Assembly (NCBI GenBank): GCA_045605425.1
Contig: JAZUQA010000021.1
Location: forward strand, 1 to 32,000
Direction: 5' to 3'
Source: Acutalibacteraceae bacterium
GTDB taxonomy: Bacteria; Bacillota; Clostridia; Oscillospirales; Acutalibacteraceae
Length of the DNA stretch: 32,000 nt
Shown: positions 8,073 to 16,544 of the stretch, piece after piece
How positions within the stretch are numbered: the first letter of the stretch is position 1
Layout of the letters: every line of letters begins with the position of its first letter
Notes under the pieces: generated by a model
Databases searched by the model: none
Told to the model about the DNA's origin: nothing
The model's input: the letters and a program-made list of their open reading frames with translations, nothing else
Position numbers and translations under genes: made by a program

Positions 8073-9878
8073 ATGAAAATCAAGGTTTCAAATTATATAT
8101 CACAGTTTCTTGTTGACAACGGCATTGACACGCTGTTTACGGTTACGGGCGGCGGTGCAATGCACCTCAACGATGCTTTCGGACATCAGGAGGGCTTGCG
8201 CTGTGTTTATAACCACCATGAGCAGGCGTGTGCAATAGCGGCAGAAGCGTATGCGAGAATTCACAATAAAATTGCAGGTGTCTGCGTTACAACAGGTCCG
8301 GGCGGCACAAACGCCATTACGGGTGTTGTGGGCGGCTGGCTTGATTCTATTCCGATGCTGATTATTTCGGGTCAGGTGCGTTATGACACAACGGCAAGAG
8401 GCAGCGGACTTAACCTGCGTGCAATGGGTGACCAGGAATTTGACATTACAAAGGCCGTTGACTGTATGACGAAGTACAGCGAAATGGTTGTTGACCCGTG
8501 GCGGATAAGATACTGCCTTGAAAAGGCGCTCAAAATTGCCCAAAGCGGCAGACCGGGTCCGTGCTGGCTGGATATTCCGATGAACGTTCAGGGCGCATAC
8601 ATTGAAACAGACGAGCTTATCAGCTATGACGAAGAGGAAGAAGAGCTCCCCTGCCCCGTAAGCGATGAAACTGCTGACAGGGTGCTCGACCTTATTGCAG
8701 AGAGCAAAAGACCCGTTTTTAATGTAGGCAACGGCGTGAGAATTGCGAGTGCACACGAGGTATTTTACCGTGTTGCAGGTAAGCTGAACATTCCCGTTGT
8801 TACGGGCTGGAACAGCATTGACTGCATTGAGGACGAGCACGAGCTTTATGTCGGCAGGGCAGGCATTATGGGCGACAGACCGGGTAACTTTGCCGTGCAG
8901 AACAGCGACTTACTGCTGAGTGTCGGCAGCAGGCTGAGCATAAGACAGGTCGGCTACAACTACCAGACATGGGCAAGGGCTGCGAAGAAAATTGTTGTTG
9001 ATATCGACAGCGAGGAACTGAAAAAGCCGAACGTCAATGCAGATTTTCCGATTCGGGCCGATGCAAAGGATTTCCTTGAAGCTCTTGAAAGAAGAATTGA
9101 CGAAAGAAACTTCAGCTTCCCGAAATCCGACTGGCACGACAGATGCACCGACTGGAAAATAAAATACCCCGTTGTGCTTCCCAAGCACTATGAGTGCGAA
9201 GAAGCTAACGTATACGCTTTCATAAAAGAGCTGAGCAGTAAGCTGAACGAAGGCGACGTTACGGTGGTCGGCAACGGCTCTGCCTGCGTTGTGGGCAGCC
9301 ACGCTTACGTTATAAAGCAAAAGCAGAGGTTTATAATAAATTCCGCCATTGCTTCAATGGGCTATGACTTGCCTGCGGCTATCGGTGTTGCCGAGGCCGA
9401 AAAGGATAAGGATATTATTCTTATCACGGGTGACGGAAGCATACAGATGAATTTGCAGGAGATGCAGACAATACTGCAAAACCGTCTGCCGATTAAGACT
9501 TTTATGATAAACAACGGCGGCTACCACTCGATCAGGCAGTCGCAGAAGAATTTCTTCGGTGAGCCTTTGGTCGGTGTCGGCCCCGAAAGCGGTGACCTTA
9601 GCTTCCCCGATATGTCAAAGCTCGTGCCTGCATACGGTATGAAGTATTACCGCATTGAGAAAAACAAAGAGCTTTCAAAGGTTATTGATGCGGTGCTGAA
9701 AGAGGAGGGTCCCGTTTTCTGCGAGGTTATTGTAAGCCCCGAGCAGAAATTTGAGCCCAAGGCTTCGTCAAAACGTCTTGAGGACGGCACCATTGTTTCC
9801 GCTCCGCTTGAAGACCTTGCACCGTTTCTGAGCAGAGAAGAACTTAAAGAAAATATGATAATTGAACTTGTTGATTAA
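8073..9878 (+). CDS. Thiamine-diphosphate-dependent enzyme (acetolactate synthase / benzoylformate decarboxylase superfamily)
   Basis: N-terminal PYR domain TVTGGGAMHLNDAF and TTGPGGTNAITGV. ThDP-binding motif GDGSIQMNLQEMQT...NNGGY. The start is uncertain: GTG 8064, ATG 8067 or ATG 8073. I chose 8073 because GGTGA sits 5 nt upstream. Confidence 0.85.
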   Translation: MKIKVSNYISQFLVDNGIDTLFTVTGGGAMHLNDAFGHQEGLRCVYNHHEQACAIAAEAYARIHNKIAGVCVTTGPGGTNAITGVVGGWLDSIPMLIISGQVRYDTTARGSGLNLRAMGDQEFDITKAVDCMTKYSEMVVDPWRIRYCLEKALKIAQSGRPGPCWLDIPMNVQGAYIETDELISYDEEEEELPCPVSDETADRVLDLIAESKRPVFNVGNGVRIASAHEVFYRVAGKLNIPVVTGWNSIDCIEDEHELYVGRAGIMGDRPGNFAVQNSDLLLSVGSRLSIRQVGYNYQTWARAAKKIVVDIDSEELKKPNVNADFPIRADAKDFLEALERRIDERNFSFPKSDWHDRCTDWKIKYPVVLPKHYECEEANVYAFIKELSSKLNEGDVTVVGNGSACVVGSHAYVIKQKQRFIINSAIASMGYDLPAAIGVAEAEKDKDIILITGDGSIQMNLQEMQTILQNRLPIKTFMINNGGYHSIRQSQKNFFGEPLVGVGPESGDLSFPDMSKLVPAYGMKYYRIEKNKELSKVIDAVLKEEGPVFCEVIVSPEQKFEPKASSKRLEDGTIVSAPLEDLAPFLSREELKENMIIELVD

Positions 9879-9897
9879 CAAAATCATAGGAGAAATT

Positions 9898-10314
9898 ATG
9901 AAAATAAATATCAAAGATATAATGTATTACGGAAGATATTATACTGATATTACATCAGAACCGTACTGGTGGTTTGGTAAAGATGATTATCAGATATATT
10001 CTTCGGAAAACTTAATTAAAGAGTATTCATACAAGGATACGGATGATATATTACAATCCGGGTATTTTATACCTATCTTTCAAACAGATATTATCGAACT
10101 GGAAAAAAGATTTTTAGCAGAATATAATTCCAGACCACTCCAAGATAAAACAGAAAAACTCGTTACCCAAGCAAACGGTAATTTTGATTTAGCCTTCAAA
10201 ACATTAATTGAGGTTGAAGAAGGAATGTCAGAAAACTGGTATGATTTTGAAAGAGAAAATTTGTATAACGACGCTGTGAATTGGTGTCAAAAGCATAATA
10301 TAAAATATCAATAA
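9898..10314 (+). CDS. AT-rich orphan hypothetical protein (138 aa)
   Basis: AGGAG (9888-9892) lies 5 nt before the ATG at 9898. Product: MKINIKDIMYYGRYYTDITSEPYWWFGKDDYQIY... I recognise no family. G+C is only 12/60 and 19/60 in lines 9901 and 9961, against 34/60 in line 9541 of the neighbouring gene. Confidence 0.6.
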   Translation: MKINIKDIMYYGRYYTDITSEPYWWFGKDDYQIYSSENLIKEYSYKDTDDILQSGYFIPIFQTDIIELEKRFLAEYNSRPLQDKTEKLVTQANGNFDLAFKTLIEVEEGMSENWYDFERENLYNDAVNWCQKHNIKYQ

Positions 10315-10324
10315 CAAACACTTG

Positions 10325-10363
10325 AGCACCTGAACGTTGTATTCGTTCAGGTGCTTATTTTTG
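10325..10363 (+). terminator. Rho-independent terminator
   Basis: A perfect 12-bp stem, agcacctgaacg (10325-10336) / cgttcaggtgct (10344-10355), with a 7-nt loop, followed by tatttttg. Confidence 0.7.
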
Positions 10364-10487
10364 TGTCTATTCATGAACAAATTATTAACATTTTGAATTT
10401 TTGCCGATTTTGTCAACCTTTTTGTGTAAAAAAACGGGCTGTACCCCTTTTGAGTGGGAGGAGTTTTTGAAAAGTGTTAAAGAAACT

Positions 10488-10514
10488 TTGAGTAAAGTAA
10501 GTTAACTTTACAAT
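10488..10514 (+). promoter_or_regulatory. Candidate promoter for the phage head module
   Basis: TTGAGT (10488-10493), then TACAAT (10509-10514). The spacer is only 15 nt, so this is a weak call. Confidence 0.3.
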
Positions 10515-10573
10515 TTCGTGTAATTTCCGCCGCACGGAAAAAACTTCTCTACTAAAGCAAGGAAGGTGAAAAA

Positions 10574-11062
10574 ATCGCAAAGAAACCCTTAAGCAAAAGA
10601 GAAAAGCTGTTTTGCTTAAACTACGCTTATCTTCGCAACGGAAGTGAAGCGGCTGCAAGGTCGGGCTATACGCTAAACCCGAAATCTGCCTCGGTAAAGC
10701 TGCTTTCACGCAAGGAAATAGCCGAGGAAATTGCCGCTGTTTCTAACCGCTTCAAGCCTATGCAGACAGAGGCAGCAACAGGCTACAAACGGCTTGCCTT
10801 CGGGTCTGCAGCCGATGCGCTGAGCCTGCTTTTCCGTGAGGAAGCACCGACAAAAGAGGAGCTTGCCGAAATGGATTTGTTCAACGTTTCCGAAATCAAA
10901 CGCCCCAAGGGTGGCGGACTGGAAATCAAGTTTTTCGACAGGCTTAAACCGCTTGAAAAGCTTGCTGAAATGAGTGAAGGTGAGGCTGCGGCCGCTCTGC
11001 CGTTTTACGAGGCACTTAACAGCTCAGCAAAGGCACTTTACGGGAGAGATGCGCTTGAGTAA
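10574..11062 (+). CDS. Terminase small subunit (Terminase_2-like), start codon non-canonical or lost
   Basis: The frame is open from the stop at 10553-10555. It encodes ...KKPLSKREKLFCLNYAYLRNGSEAAARSGYTLNPKSASVKLLSRKEIAEEI..., a typical TerS N-terminal HTH region. The first ATG is at 10760. The only plausible upstream start is ATC 10574, 5 nt after GGAAGGTG. Confidence 0.6.
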   Translation: MAKKPLSKREKLFCLNYAYLRNGSEAAARSGYTLNPKSASVKLLSRKEIAEEIAAVSNRFKPMQTEAATGYKRLAFGSAADALSLLFREEAPTKEELAEMDLFNVSEIKRPKGGGLEIKFFDRLKPLEKLAEMSEGEAAAALPFYEALNSSAKALYGRDALE

Positions 11063-12341
11063 AGCAAACAAACTTTACAGCACCTTCAAGCCTTTCTCCG
11101 AAAAACAATTGACCGCACTCACCTGGTGGTGTCCCTCTTCGCCCTACAAAATGCGTGATGCAATCATCTGTGACGGTGCGGTAAGGTCGGGCAAGACGCT
11201 TTGTATGTCAATTTCGTTTATCGCCTGGGCTTTTTCCGCTTTTGACGGCACGGCATTTGCAATATGCGGCAAAACGGTAACCTCGCTGAGAAGAAATGTT
11301 ATTACTCCCCTGCTGCCCGTACTCAGAGAGCTTGGCTTTGAGTGCACCGAAAAGGTATCCAAAAATCTTATTGAGATTTCCTTTGACGGCAGAGTAAACA
11401 GTTTTTATCTTTTCGGCGGTAAGGATGAATCCTCCGCATCACTTATTCAGGGTATGACCCTTGGCGGCGTTTTGCTGGACGAGGTTGCGCTTATGCCACG
11501 CTCGTTTGTTGAGCAGGCACTTGCCCGCTGCTCGGTTGAGGGCTCAAAATTCTGGTTCAACTGCAACCCCGACAATCCGCTTCACTGGTTTCACGAGGAG
11601 TGGATAAAGAAAAGCGAAGAAAAAAACTGCCTTTACCTGCACTTTTTAATGCAGGACAACCCCTCGCTTACAAAACAGATTATGGAGCGCTACCGCAGCC
11701 TTTACAGCGGTTCGTTCTACGAGCGTTTTGTTGAGGGCAAGTGGGTGGCTGTGCAGGGGCTTGTTTACCCGTTTTTCTGTGAAAGCAGAAATGTCTGCGA
11801 AGTGCCCGGCGGCGAATTTGACCGTTACTGCATTTCGTGCGACTACGGCACGGTAAACCCTTGTTCCTTCGGGCTGTGGGGAAAGCAGGACGGAATATGG
11901 TACAGGCTGGATGAATATTACCACGATTCACGCTTGCTCGGGGAACAGAAAACGGACGAGGAGCACTACAGCGCACTTGAAACCTTAGCAGGTGAAAGAA
12001 AAATTGACTCCGTTACGGTTGACCCGTCTGCGGCAAGCTTTATTGAGTGCATACGCAGGCACGGGCATTTCCGTGTTGTTCCGGCAAGAAACGATGTGCT
12101 TGACGGAATAAGAAAGGTATCCGAAGCGATAAAGGGCGGCAAAATCAAAATCTGTTCACCCTGCCGTGACATCATACGTGAATTTTCGCTGTACCGCTGG
12201 GAGGACAACTGCACAAAGGACACCCCGAAAAAGACTAACGACCACGCAATGGACGACCTGCGCTACTTTGTGACAACGCTGATGGAAACGGGCAGCAGCG
12301 AATTTTTTGCCATTGCACAGGAAAGGAATGAAAGGCTATAA
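11049..12341 (+). CDS. Terminase large subunit
   Basis: Walker A CDGAVRSGKT and Walker B GGVLLDEVAL. The C-terminal nuclease region contains CISCDYG and NDHAMDDLRY. I preferred the ATG at 11049, which overlaps the TerS stop at 11060-11062, over the ATG at 10974. Confidence 0.85.
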   Translation: MRLSKANKLYSTFKPFSEKQLTALTWWCPSSPYKMRDAIICDGAVRSGKTLCMSISFIAWAFSAFDGTAFAICGKTVTSLRRNVITPLLPVLRELGFECTEKVSKNLIEISFDGRVNSFYLFGGKDESSASLIQGMTLGGVLLDEVALMPRSFVEQALARCSVEGSKFWFNCNPDNPLHWFHEEWIKKSEEKNCLYLHFLMQDNPSLTKQIMERYRSLYSGSFYERFVEGKWVAVQGLVYPFFCESRNVCEVPGGEFDRYCISCDYGTVNPCSFGLWGKQDGIWYRLDEYYHDSRLLGEQKTDEEHYSALETLAGERKIDSVTVDPSAASFIECIRRHGHFRVVPARNDVLDGIRKVSEAIKGGKIKICSPCRDIIREFSLYRWEDNCTKDTPKKTNDHAMDDLRYFVTTLMETGSSEFFAIAQERNERL

Positions 12342-12382
12342 GAAAAAGTAAAAAGAACACCGCCGAAGCCGAGGTCTGCTCG

Positions 12383-13465
12383 GTGCAGACGGGACACGCA
12401 CAAAATCCGTTTGCGTTTCTGGAAAGCTATTCGGCACTCGGCAGGCAGCAGCTTCGGCTGTATTCCGCACTCAGAGATGCCGTACCGATTATTGATGCGG
12501 CGATTATGAAGCTGGTAAGGCTTACGGGCGGATTCAGCATCCGATGCACAGATTCAGCCGCCCAGGATACGCTTGACCGTTTTTTCAGCAGCGTAAATGT
12601 CAACGGCAACAGCCTTGGACTCGAAAGCTTTGTATCAAGCTATTTTGAACAGCTTCTCACCTACGGCACGGCTATAGGTGAAATTGTAACGGATAACACG
12701 GGGCTGCCCGTTGCACTTTTCAACGCACCGCTTGAAAATATTGAATTAAAGCGAAACGCAAACGGCATTGACATAGACATTTTCACTATCCGCTCCGGTA
12801 TGGCTGAAAAAGTTAAATACCCCGAGCTGATTGTTATGTCAACGCTCAACCCCAGACCCGGTGAGCTTTGCGGTAATTCACTTTTAAGCGGTCTGCCCTT
12901 TGTTGCACAGACGCTTATGCAGATTTTCAGAACAACGGGCACAAACTGGGAACGCCTGGGCAACACACGCTTTGCCGTAACCTACAAGCCGACAAACGAT
13001 GCACTTGACAAGGCTTACGCCAAGGAAAGGGCAATGCAGGTTGCAAAGGAATGGAGCAACGCCATGAGCAGTGAAAGCGTAAGAGATTTCGTTGCCGTGG
13101 GTGATATTCAGATTAAGGCTATAGGCTCGGAAACACAGATTCCCGACAGCGAAATACCCGTAAGACAGCTGCTTGAACAGATTGTTTCAAAGACGGGCTT
13201 ACCGCCGTTTCTGTTGGGGCTAAGCTGGTCGAGCACGGAGAGAATGTCCTCACAGCAGGCAGACGCCCTGACAAGCGAGCTTGAAGCCTACCGCAGAATA
13301 CTCACTCCTGCAATAACAAGGCTTGCAGACACCTGCCTGAGGCTTTTCGGGCTTGCAGGAAGCGCCCAAATTATCTGGGACGACATAATGCTGCAGGATA
13401 TGGTTGAGCTTTCCCGTGCCGAGCTTTACTCCGCACAGGCACTTAAATTAACCAAGGAGGACTAA
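12383..13465 (+). CDS. Phage portal protein
   Basis: It sits immediately after TerL and is 360 aa long, with a GTG start 9 nt after GAGG. The acidic/helical C-terminus (SSQQADALTSELEAYRRIL) is portal-like. The family call rests on synteny and general resemblance. Confidence 0.7.
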   Translation: MQTGHAQNPFAFLESYSALGRQQLRLYSALRDAVPIIDAAIMKLVRLTGGFSIRCTDSAAQDTLDRFFSSVNVNGNSLGLESFVSSYFEQLLTYGTAIGEIVTDNTGLPVALFNAPLENIELKRNANGIDIDIFTIRSGMAEKVKYPELIVMSTLNPRPGELCGNSLLSGLPFVAQTLMQIFRTTGTNWERLGNTRFAVTYKPTNDALDKAYAKERAMQVAKEWSNAMSSESVRDFVAVGDIQIKAIGSETQIPDSEIPVRQLLEQIVSKTGLPPFLLGLSWSSTERMSSQQADALTSELEAYRRILTPAITRLADTCLRLFGLAGSAQIIWDDIMLQDMVELSRAELYSAQALKLTKED

Positions 13466-14445
13466 TGGAGAAATTACAGAAAAATGCACCGTCGGGAGTT
13501 GAATGCTCTTTTATCCCGACGGATAAAGACCTTGAGCTTATCAACCGCTACACGGTAAAGGCGCTTGAGGCAGACGAGGTTTTCTGCTTTAATCTCACGC
13601 TTTGTGACAACGAAATCGACAGGGATTTAGAGCGTTTCAGCGTTGAGGCACTTACCGCACTTGCACCGATGTTTGAGGGCAAAACAGGTATTGCAGACCA
13701 CAGTATGAAGACTCAAAACCAGCACTCAAGAATTTTTAAGACCTGGATTGAAGAAAGCGAAATCCGCAAGACTTCAACGGGCGAGAACTACACCGCTCTA
13801 AAGGCGAGGGCATATATCCCCATAACGCCCAAAAGCGAGGAGCTTATTGGGCAGATAAAGTCGGGGATTAAAAAGGAAACGAGCATAAGCTGTGCCGTGA
13901 GCAGTCACATCTGCTCGGTGTGCTCGGCAGAGATTAAAAAAGGAGGCTGTAAGCACCGCAAGGGCGAGCTTTACGACGGCAGGGTGTGCCACACCGTGCT
14001 TAATAAGCCGACAGATGCTTACGAATTCAGCTTTGTTGCCGTGCCTGCCCAACCCGAGGCAGGTGTGACAAAGAGTTTCACCGTGCCCGAGGGTATGGAG
14101 CTTGACAGAATTGGAAAAGCCGCAACAGGCTGCGACGCAATTACGCTGAGCATTGAGGCTTTTTCTCAGCTTACCCAAAAAATTCACAACCTGCAGGAGC
14201 TTTCAAAGGATGCCGAAAAATACAGAAAAGCACTTGAAGCAAGAGTTGCAAGGCTTGGCGCAATGGCTGTTCCCGAGCTTAATTCAGACGAGCTTGAAGG
14301 TGTTTGCAAGCAATTATCCACAGACAGCCTTACAGCACTTGAAAAGGCGTTTTCGGCAAATGCGGCAAAGCGTTTTCCGCTCGCACCACAGCTTGGCACA
14401 TTCACAAACACAAACAAAACCGACAATAAGGAATTCAAAATTTAA
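13465..14445 (+). CDS. Prohead serine protease (HK97/S78-like) with a C-terminal coiled-coil scaffold-like extension
   Basis: Protease-like blocks GKTGIADHS (His), KKETSISCAV (Ser) and AYEFSFVAVPAQPEAG. The C-terminal 120 aa are heptad-rich (LTQKIHNLQELSKDAEKYRKALEARVARL). The start overlaps the portal stop (TAATG). Confidence 0.65.
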   Translation: MEKLQKNAPSGVECSFIPTDKDLELINRYTVKALEADEVFCFNLTLCDNEIDRDLERFSVEALTALAPMFEGKTGIADHSMKTQNQHSRIFKTWIEESEIRKTSTGENYTALKARAYIPITPKSEELIGQIKSGIKKETSISCAVSSHICSVCSAEIKKGGCKHRKGELYDGRVCHTVLNKPTDAYEFSFVAVPAQPEAGVTKSFTVPEGMELDRIGKAATGCDAITLSIEAFSQLTQKIHNLQELSKDAEKYRKALEARVARLGAMAVPELNSDELEGVCKQLSTDSLTALEKAFSANAAKRFPLAPQLGTFTNTNKTDNKEFKI

Positions 14446-14457
14446 GGAGGATAAAAT

Positions 14458-14802
14458 ATGTCAGTTTCATTCAAAGGTATCAACGAACAGGTAGTCACAT
14501 TCAAAACAGAAGAGGAGCTTGCAGCAGGCACGCTTGTAACCGTATCGGATAACGGCACGGTAAGCCCCTGTGCGGCAAACGGCAAGATTGTGGGCGTTGT
14601 TGTTTCAAGCAGAGAAAGCATTGCCGCCGTACAGATTTCGGGCTTTGTTACCCTGCCCTATTCGGGCTCTGCACCTGCACTCGGTGTTACGGCAATCGCC
14701 GCCGCAAGCGACACAAAAATCAAGGCGGACGCAACAAACGGCAAGCTCGTCACCGTAGTGGAAACAGACACAGCGGCACTCACAGCAGGCATTCTGCTTT
14801 AA
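14458..14802 (+). CDS. Head decoration / DUF2190-like small capsid protein
   Basis: 114 aa, rich in Gly, Val and Ala in a beta-type pattern (GTLVTVSDNGTV...GKIVGVVVS...VQISGFVTL). It lies between the protease and the MCP. AAGGAGG precedes the ATG. Confidence 0.5.
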   Translation: MSVSFKGINEQVVTFKTEEELAAGTLVTVSDNGTVSPCAANGKIVGVVVSSRESIAAVQISGFVTLPYSGSAPALGVTAIAAASDTKIKADATNGKLVTVVETDTAALTAGILL

Positions 14803-14824
14803 TGAAAGGAAGGAGTAAATAACT

Positions 14825-15829
14825 ATGGCAAATTTTGACAACATCAGACTTGAAAAGGGACTTTACTGCGGCGGCTCATTCACCTCTGCTCTTGAGAGCA
14901 TTGACCCGTCCGAAAACTACAAGGACAGTGCTCTGGAGGGACTTGACGCCTATCAGCGACAGCTCAAGCGTTTTGACATCAAGGTAAGCGGCAGCGGCAG
15001 CGACGTTGTTGAAAAGTTTTTCAAGACAAGCGACAGCGCAACACTTTTCCCCGAATATGTTGCAAGAGCAGTAAGACAGGGCATGGAGGAGGCGAACGTA
15101 CTTCCCAAGCTTGTTGCAAGCGTTACCAACATTGATTCGCTTGACTACCGCTCAATCACAAGTATTCCCACAGACGACGACAAGGCACTCAAGGAGGTTG
15201 CCGAGGGCAGCACAATTCCGCAGACGGTTGTCAAGACCCGTGAAAACCTTGTAAAGCTCAAGAAGAGAGGCAGAATGCTTGTTGCTTCTTACGAGGCAAT
15301 CCGTTTCCAACGCCTTGACCTTTTCACCGTAACACTCCGCCAGATTGGCGCATACATCGCAAAGGCACAGCTTGCCGATGCAATTGACGTTATCGTAAAC
15401 GGTGACGGCAACGGCAATGCTGCCGCCGCAACAAATGCACTTTCCTCGGGCACTCTCGGCTATGCCGACATCGTAAACCTCTGGAAGGACCTTGACCCGT
15501 ATGAGATGAACGTGCTTATTGCAAACAATGCGGATGCGGTAAATATGCTCAACCTTCCCGAATTCAAGGATTCTGCGGCAGGCCTGAGCTTCCACGCAAC
15601 GGGCAAAATGATTACGCCTATCGGTGCAGAGCTCATCCGTTCTTCTGCTGTTGAAAGCGGCAAAATCATCGGCCTTGATAAAACCTGCGCACTTGAAATG
15701 GTAAAGGCAGGCGAGGTTATGACCGAATACGACAAGCTCATTGACAGACAGCTTGAACGTGCCGCAATTACCTCAATTGCAGGCTTTGCAAAAATCTTCA
15801 CAGACGCATCCCGTGTGCTTGAAGTTTAA
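14825..15829 (+). CDS. Major capsid protein (HK97 fold)
   Basis: 334 aa at the canonical position with a strong SD (GGAAGGAG). It has an E-loop-like segment TVVKTRENLVKLKKRGRMLVASYEAIRFQ and a C-terminal IDRQLERAAITSIAGFA. Confidence 0.8.
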   Translation: MANFDNIRLEKGLYCGGSFTSALESIDPSENYKDSALEGLDAYQRQLKRFDIKVSGSGSDVVEKFFKTSDSATLFPEYVARAVRQGMEEANVLPKLVASVTNIDSLDYRSITSIPTDDDKALKEVAEGSTIPQTVVKTRENLVKLKKRGRMLVASYEAIRFQRLDLFTVTLRQIGAYIAKAQLADAIDVIVNGDGNGNAAAATNALSSGTLGYADIVNLWKDLDPYEMNVLIANNADAVNMLNLPEFKDSAAGLSFHATGKMITPIGAELIRSSAVESGKIIGLDKTCALEMVKAGEVMTEYDKLIDRQLERAAITSIAGFAKIFTDASRVLEV

Positions 15830-15848
15830 TTTACGGGGGTAAGGCGCT

Positions 15849-16217
15849 TTGATCGGTAACCATACTGTACTTAACGGATTAAGGCAGCTTATGACCCTCG
15901 ACGAGAAAGAGGCAGAGAACGCTCTGCCTCTTTGCTCACTCTGCCTTAACGAAATAAAAAAACGCCTGCGTGAGGGCGCAGACGAAAACGACAGCCGCAT
16001 TGCCTCATGTGCGGCGGCACTCGCCTTTTACCGCATAGCAATCAGAAACGCCGTTGATTCGCAGGGCACTACCAGCTTCAAGGCAGGCGATGTTACGGTG
16101 AGCCGTTCTCCTGCGGCGGCGGTTGAACTGGCGGTTGCGGTAAGGGACGAGACCTTTGCCGCAGCGGCAGACCTGATTGAAGACCAAAGCTTTGTTTTCA
16201 GGCAGGTGGGTGTATGA
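15849..16217 (+). CDS. Head-tail connector (gp6-like DNA-packaging/adaptor protein)
   Basis: 122 aa, helical, directly after the MCP. The TTG start follows GGGGGTAAGG. An alternative ATG exists at 15891. Confidence 0.5.
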   Translation: MIGNHTVLNGLRQLMTLDEKEAENALPLCSLCLNEIKKRLREGADENDSRIASCAAALAFYRIAIRNAVDSQGTTSFKAGDVTVSRSPAAAVELAVAVRDETFAAAADLIEDQSFVFRQVGV

Positions 16218-16543
16218 AAATTAAAAAGCTGCTTGACACCTACGGCAGAACGGTTGAGCTGAACTCAGCCGAATCCGCAAAAAAATACAAGGCGTTTATT
16301 CAGCCGTTGAGATATAAAAACAAAATGTACCTTGACGGCGTTTACACGCAAATCGGTTTCAACAGCCAGGGACACTACCTTTACATAGGTCCTCCCGACC
16401 CTGACCTGACACTTGCTGATGACGGGGCTTTCCTGTTTGCGGACGAAACAAAATACCAGATTGACCGTGCGGAAAGGGTTTACAACGGCGACAGGGTATT
16501 TTATATCTGGGCAATTATAAGAACGATAGTGGAGGTTGAATGA
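16214..16543 (+). CDS. Head closure / head-tail joining protein
   Basis: 109 aa with an ATGA overlap onto the preceding gene. The pattern resembles Phage_H_T_join-type proteins (KAFIQPLRY...YQIDRAERVYNGDRVFYIWAIIR). Confidence 0.5.
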   Translation: MKIKKLLDTYGRTVELNSAESAKKYKAFIQPLRYKNKMYLDGVYTQIGFNSQGHYLYIGPPDPDLTLADDGAFLFADETKYQIDRAERVYNGDRVFYIWAIIRTIVEVE

Positions 16544-16544
16544 T

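Noticed and set aside
8100-8840. 246-aa minus-strand ORF inside the ThDP-enzyme gene. Similar shadows occur at 7344..7952, 5643..6119, 3432..3851, 15152..15595, 17651..18271, 23116..24036 and 31205..31792.
   Set aside because: All are antisense or out-of-frame shadows of genes with clear family motifs. They lack SD sites and have skewed, low-complexity compositions.
10393-10405. Possible att-like direct repeat: TTGAATTTTTGCC on the left flank versus TTGATTTTTGCGCC at 17408-17421 on the right flank of the head module
   Set aside because: The match is about 12 nt with an indel in AT-rich promoter-like sequence, and the right copy is the -35 region of a good promoter. It is too short and degenerate to call an attachment site without comparative data.
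10566-10592. GTG 10566 as the TerS start codon
   Set aside because: It is in a different frame that stops after 8 codons (GTG AAA AAA TCG CAA AGA AAC CCT TAA), and the SD-like purine run abuts it with no spacer. It works only if combined with an A-run slip or indel, which I report as a hypothesis in the findings.
10413-10709. 98-aa minus-strand ORF in the left junction of the phage module
   Set aside because: It overlaps the plus-strand frame that encodes a recognisable TerS N-terminal region. It has no RBS and an Arg/Phe/Leu-rich, non-protein-like sequence.
10974-11048. N-terminal extensions proposed by the ORF track: TerL from 10974, lipase from 2865, DHDPS from 17425, trmB from 19029, GH-D from 24471, TagF-like from 28883, hypothetical from 9862, small protein from 1043
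   Set aside because: In each case a downstream in-frame start has a much better SD and spacing. The extension either overlaps a terminator or promoter, or adds residues unrelated to the family.
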